A stretch of 64,000 nucleotides of DNA from NCBI RefSeq assembly GCF_004010195.1, contig NC_057751.1:17063901-17127900 (forward strand). Direction: 5' to 3'. A model generated the notes under the pieces. It saw only the letters and a program-made list of their open reading frames with translations. It did no database searches and had not been told where the DNA came from. Each line of letters begins with the position of its first letter. Position 1 is the stretch's first letter. This stretch comes from Chiloscyllium plagiosum. Taxonomy: Eukaryota. Position numbers and translations under genes: made by a program. Shown here piece after piece: positions 62,786 through 64,000 of the stretch.

Positions 62786-64000
62786 TCAAAACCTCTGTTT
62801 CTGATGTTTATACCATGGTAAAATCTTGTTTTGTGCTTACCTTTTCAGTCACACAATGTTGTGCTCAGCTTCATTATCGCTTACACATTTGATTGATTTG
62901 TATAAATTTGTTGCCAGAAGCTGAAAGCAATTTATTGCGCCCAGTAAGTATCAGAGCATGCTGAACAGAGGGCTGCGTTACTGGTGGTGGTGAGGTGTTG
63001 GGGCAGTGGTGTGGGGAGAAGAGATGTAGCGGAAAGGCGCATCCAATAATTCAAACTGACCTTTCATTGTAATTTATTTATCTTCCGAGTATAGGAGGCT
63101 GAGCAGTGTCATTGAATTTGAATCAGAATCACTACAATATGGAATGAGGCCCTTCCGCCGAATGCCCCATTACCCTACTCTTTTGTTTTCCATTTCCCCT
63201 GATGAATGCGCCGAACCGACAAATCCCTGAGCACAATGGGCAACTTCAGCTTTGAACAATTGGACTGTGAACCCTGAGAGTGGAAGGCAACCACTAAGCC
63301 ACCATGCCATCCCCGTAACTGCAATGCATAAAGTTATCAAGGTGGCAAATGTATTAAGCAGGAAGTCATTGTTTCCTTGTATTGAGGGATCAATGATGGT
63401 TTGCATAGATTAATGTTCAGAGGTACAAATGCTAAAATGAGAGTCATTGGATATTGCTTTCACCCAGAGCGTCGTGAAAGTTTGGAACACACGGTTTCGC
63501 GATAAACCTCCTTACAATCAGGATGATTTACGTTTTTATTTGCTGTCATCCCGCCAATGAGCCGAAATGGAAACGATGACATGAGGGTATTCAGTACACC
63601 GTGAAGCAGCAGAGGGGCTGAATGTTTTCCTCGCATTTTGCGGAAGTCTATGAATTGATGAATGCGACCTGTCATGCCTCTGTAGTGTACATCCAGGCCT
63701 GGCCTGTGCAGTTGTCTGAGTCCACCCTCCCTGCTCTCAATGACTGCGATTAACGTCAGTTTCCATGGATCGTATTTGTGTTACTGGAGTCTTTCTGTCT
63801 TCTCGTCACACGGGACTGTTTTCAGCGTGTTATTCCATAGCGGGAGAGCCTCATCCATAACAGTAACAGGGATCATCAGCTTCAGAAAAGGGAGTGGAGA
63901 GTTCCGAACATAAGAACAGGACATCAGAAAGTTCTATTAGTGGATCAAATCTGGAAACAAGAGATCAGAATGTTGCAACAATGGAAAGAGATTTATCCTG

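Overview
Eukaryotic, repeat-dense genomic DNA, most likely from a shark or other elasmobranch (inferred from the HE1-like tRNA SINEs, CR1/HER1 LINEs and a GPR139-like receptor relic), with several assembly gaps. The real protein-coding content is hexokinase 2. Exons 2-9 lie on the minus strand (18542 down to 1134) with GT-AG borders and vertebrate HK2 exon sizes and phases. The terminal exon 18 and its 3'UTR lie on the plus strand (30888 to about 33700), just past an exactly 500-N gap, which most likely marks a mis-oriented scaffold join. Other content: a CRE/GC-box array, a perfectly homogeneous 5-kb 50-bp minisatellite, SINEs with internal 52-bp tandem expansions, a full-length degenerate L1/Tx1-type LINE, a two-exon GPCR pseudogene, Rex1-like and CR1 LINE pieces, and Penelope-like (RT + GIY-YIG) relics. 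The most interesting signal is a set of short palindromic, TSD-flanked, non-coding retroelements carrying minimal hammerhead-ribozyme cores (CUGANGA-stem II-GAAA-C-GUC). At least three distinct hammerhead-bearing repeat families occur in the window. All calls were made by eye and no searches were run.
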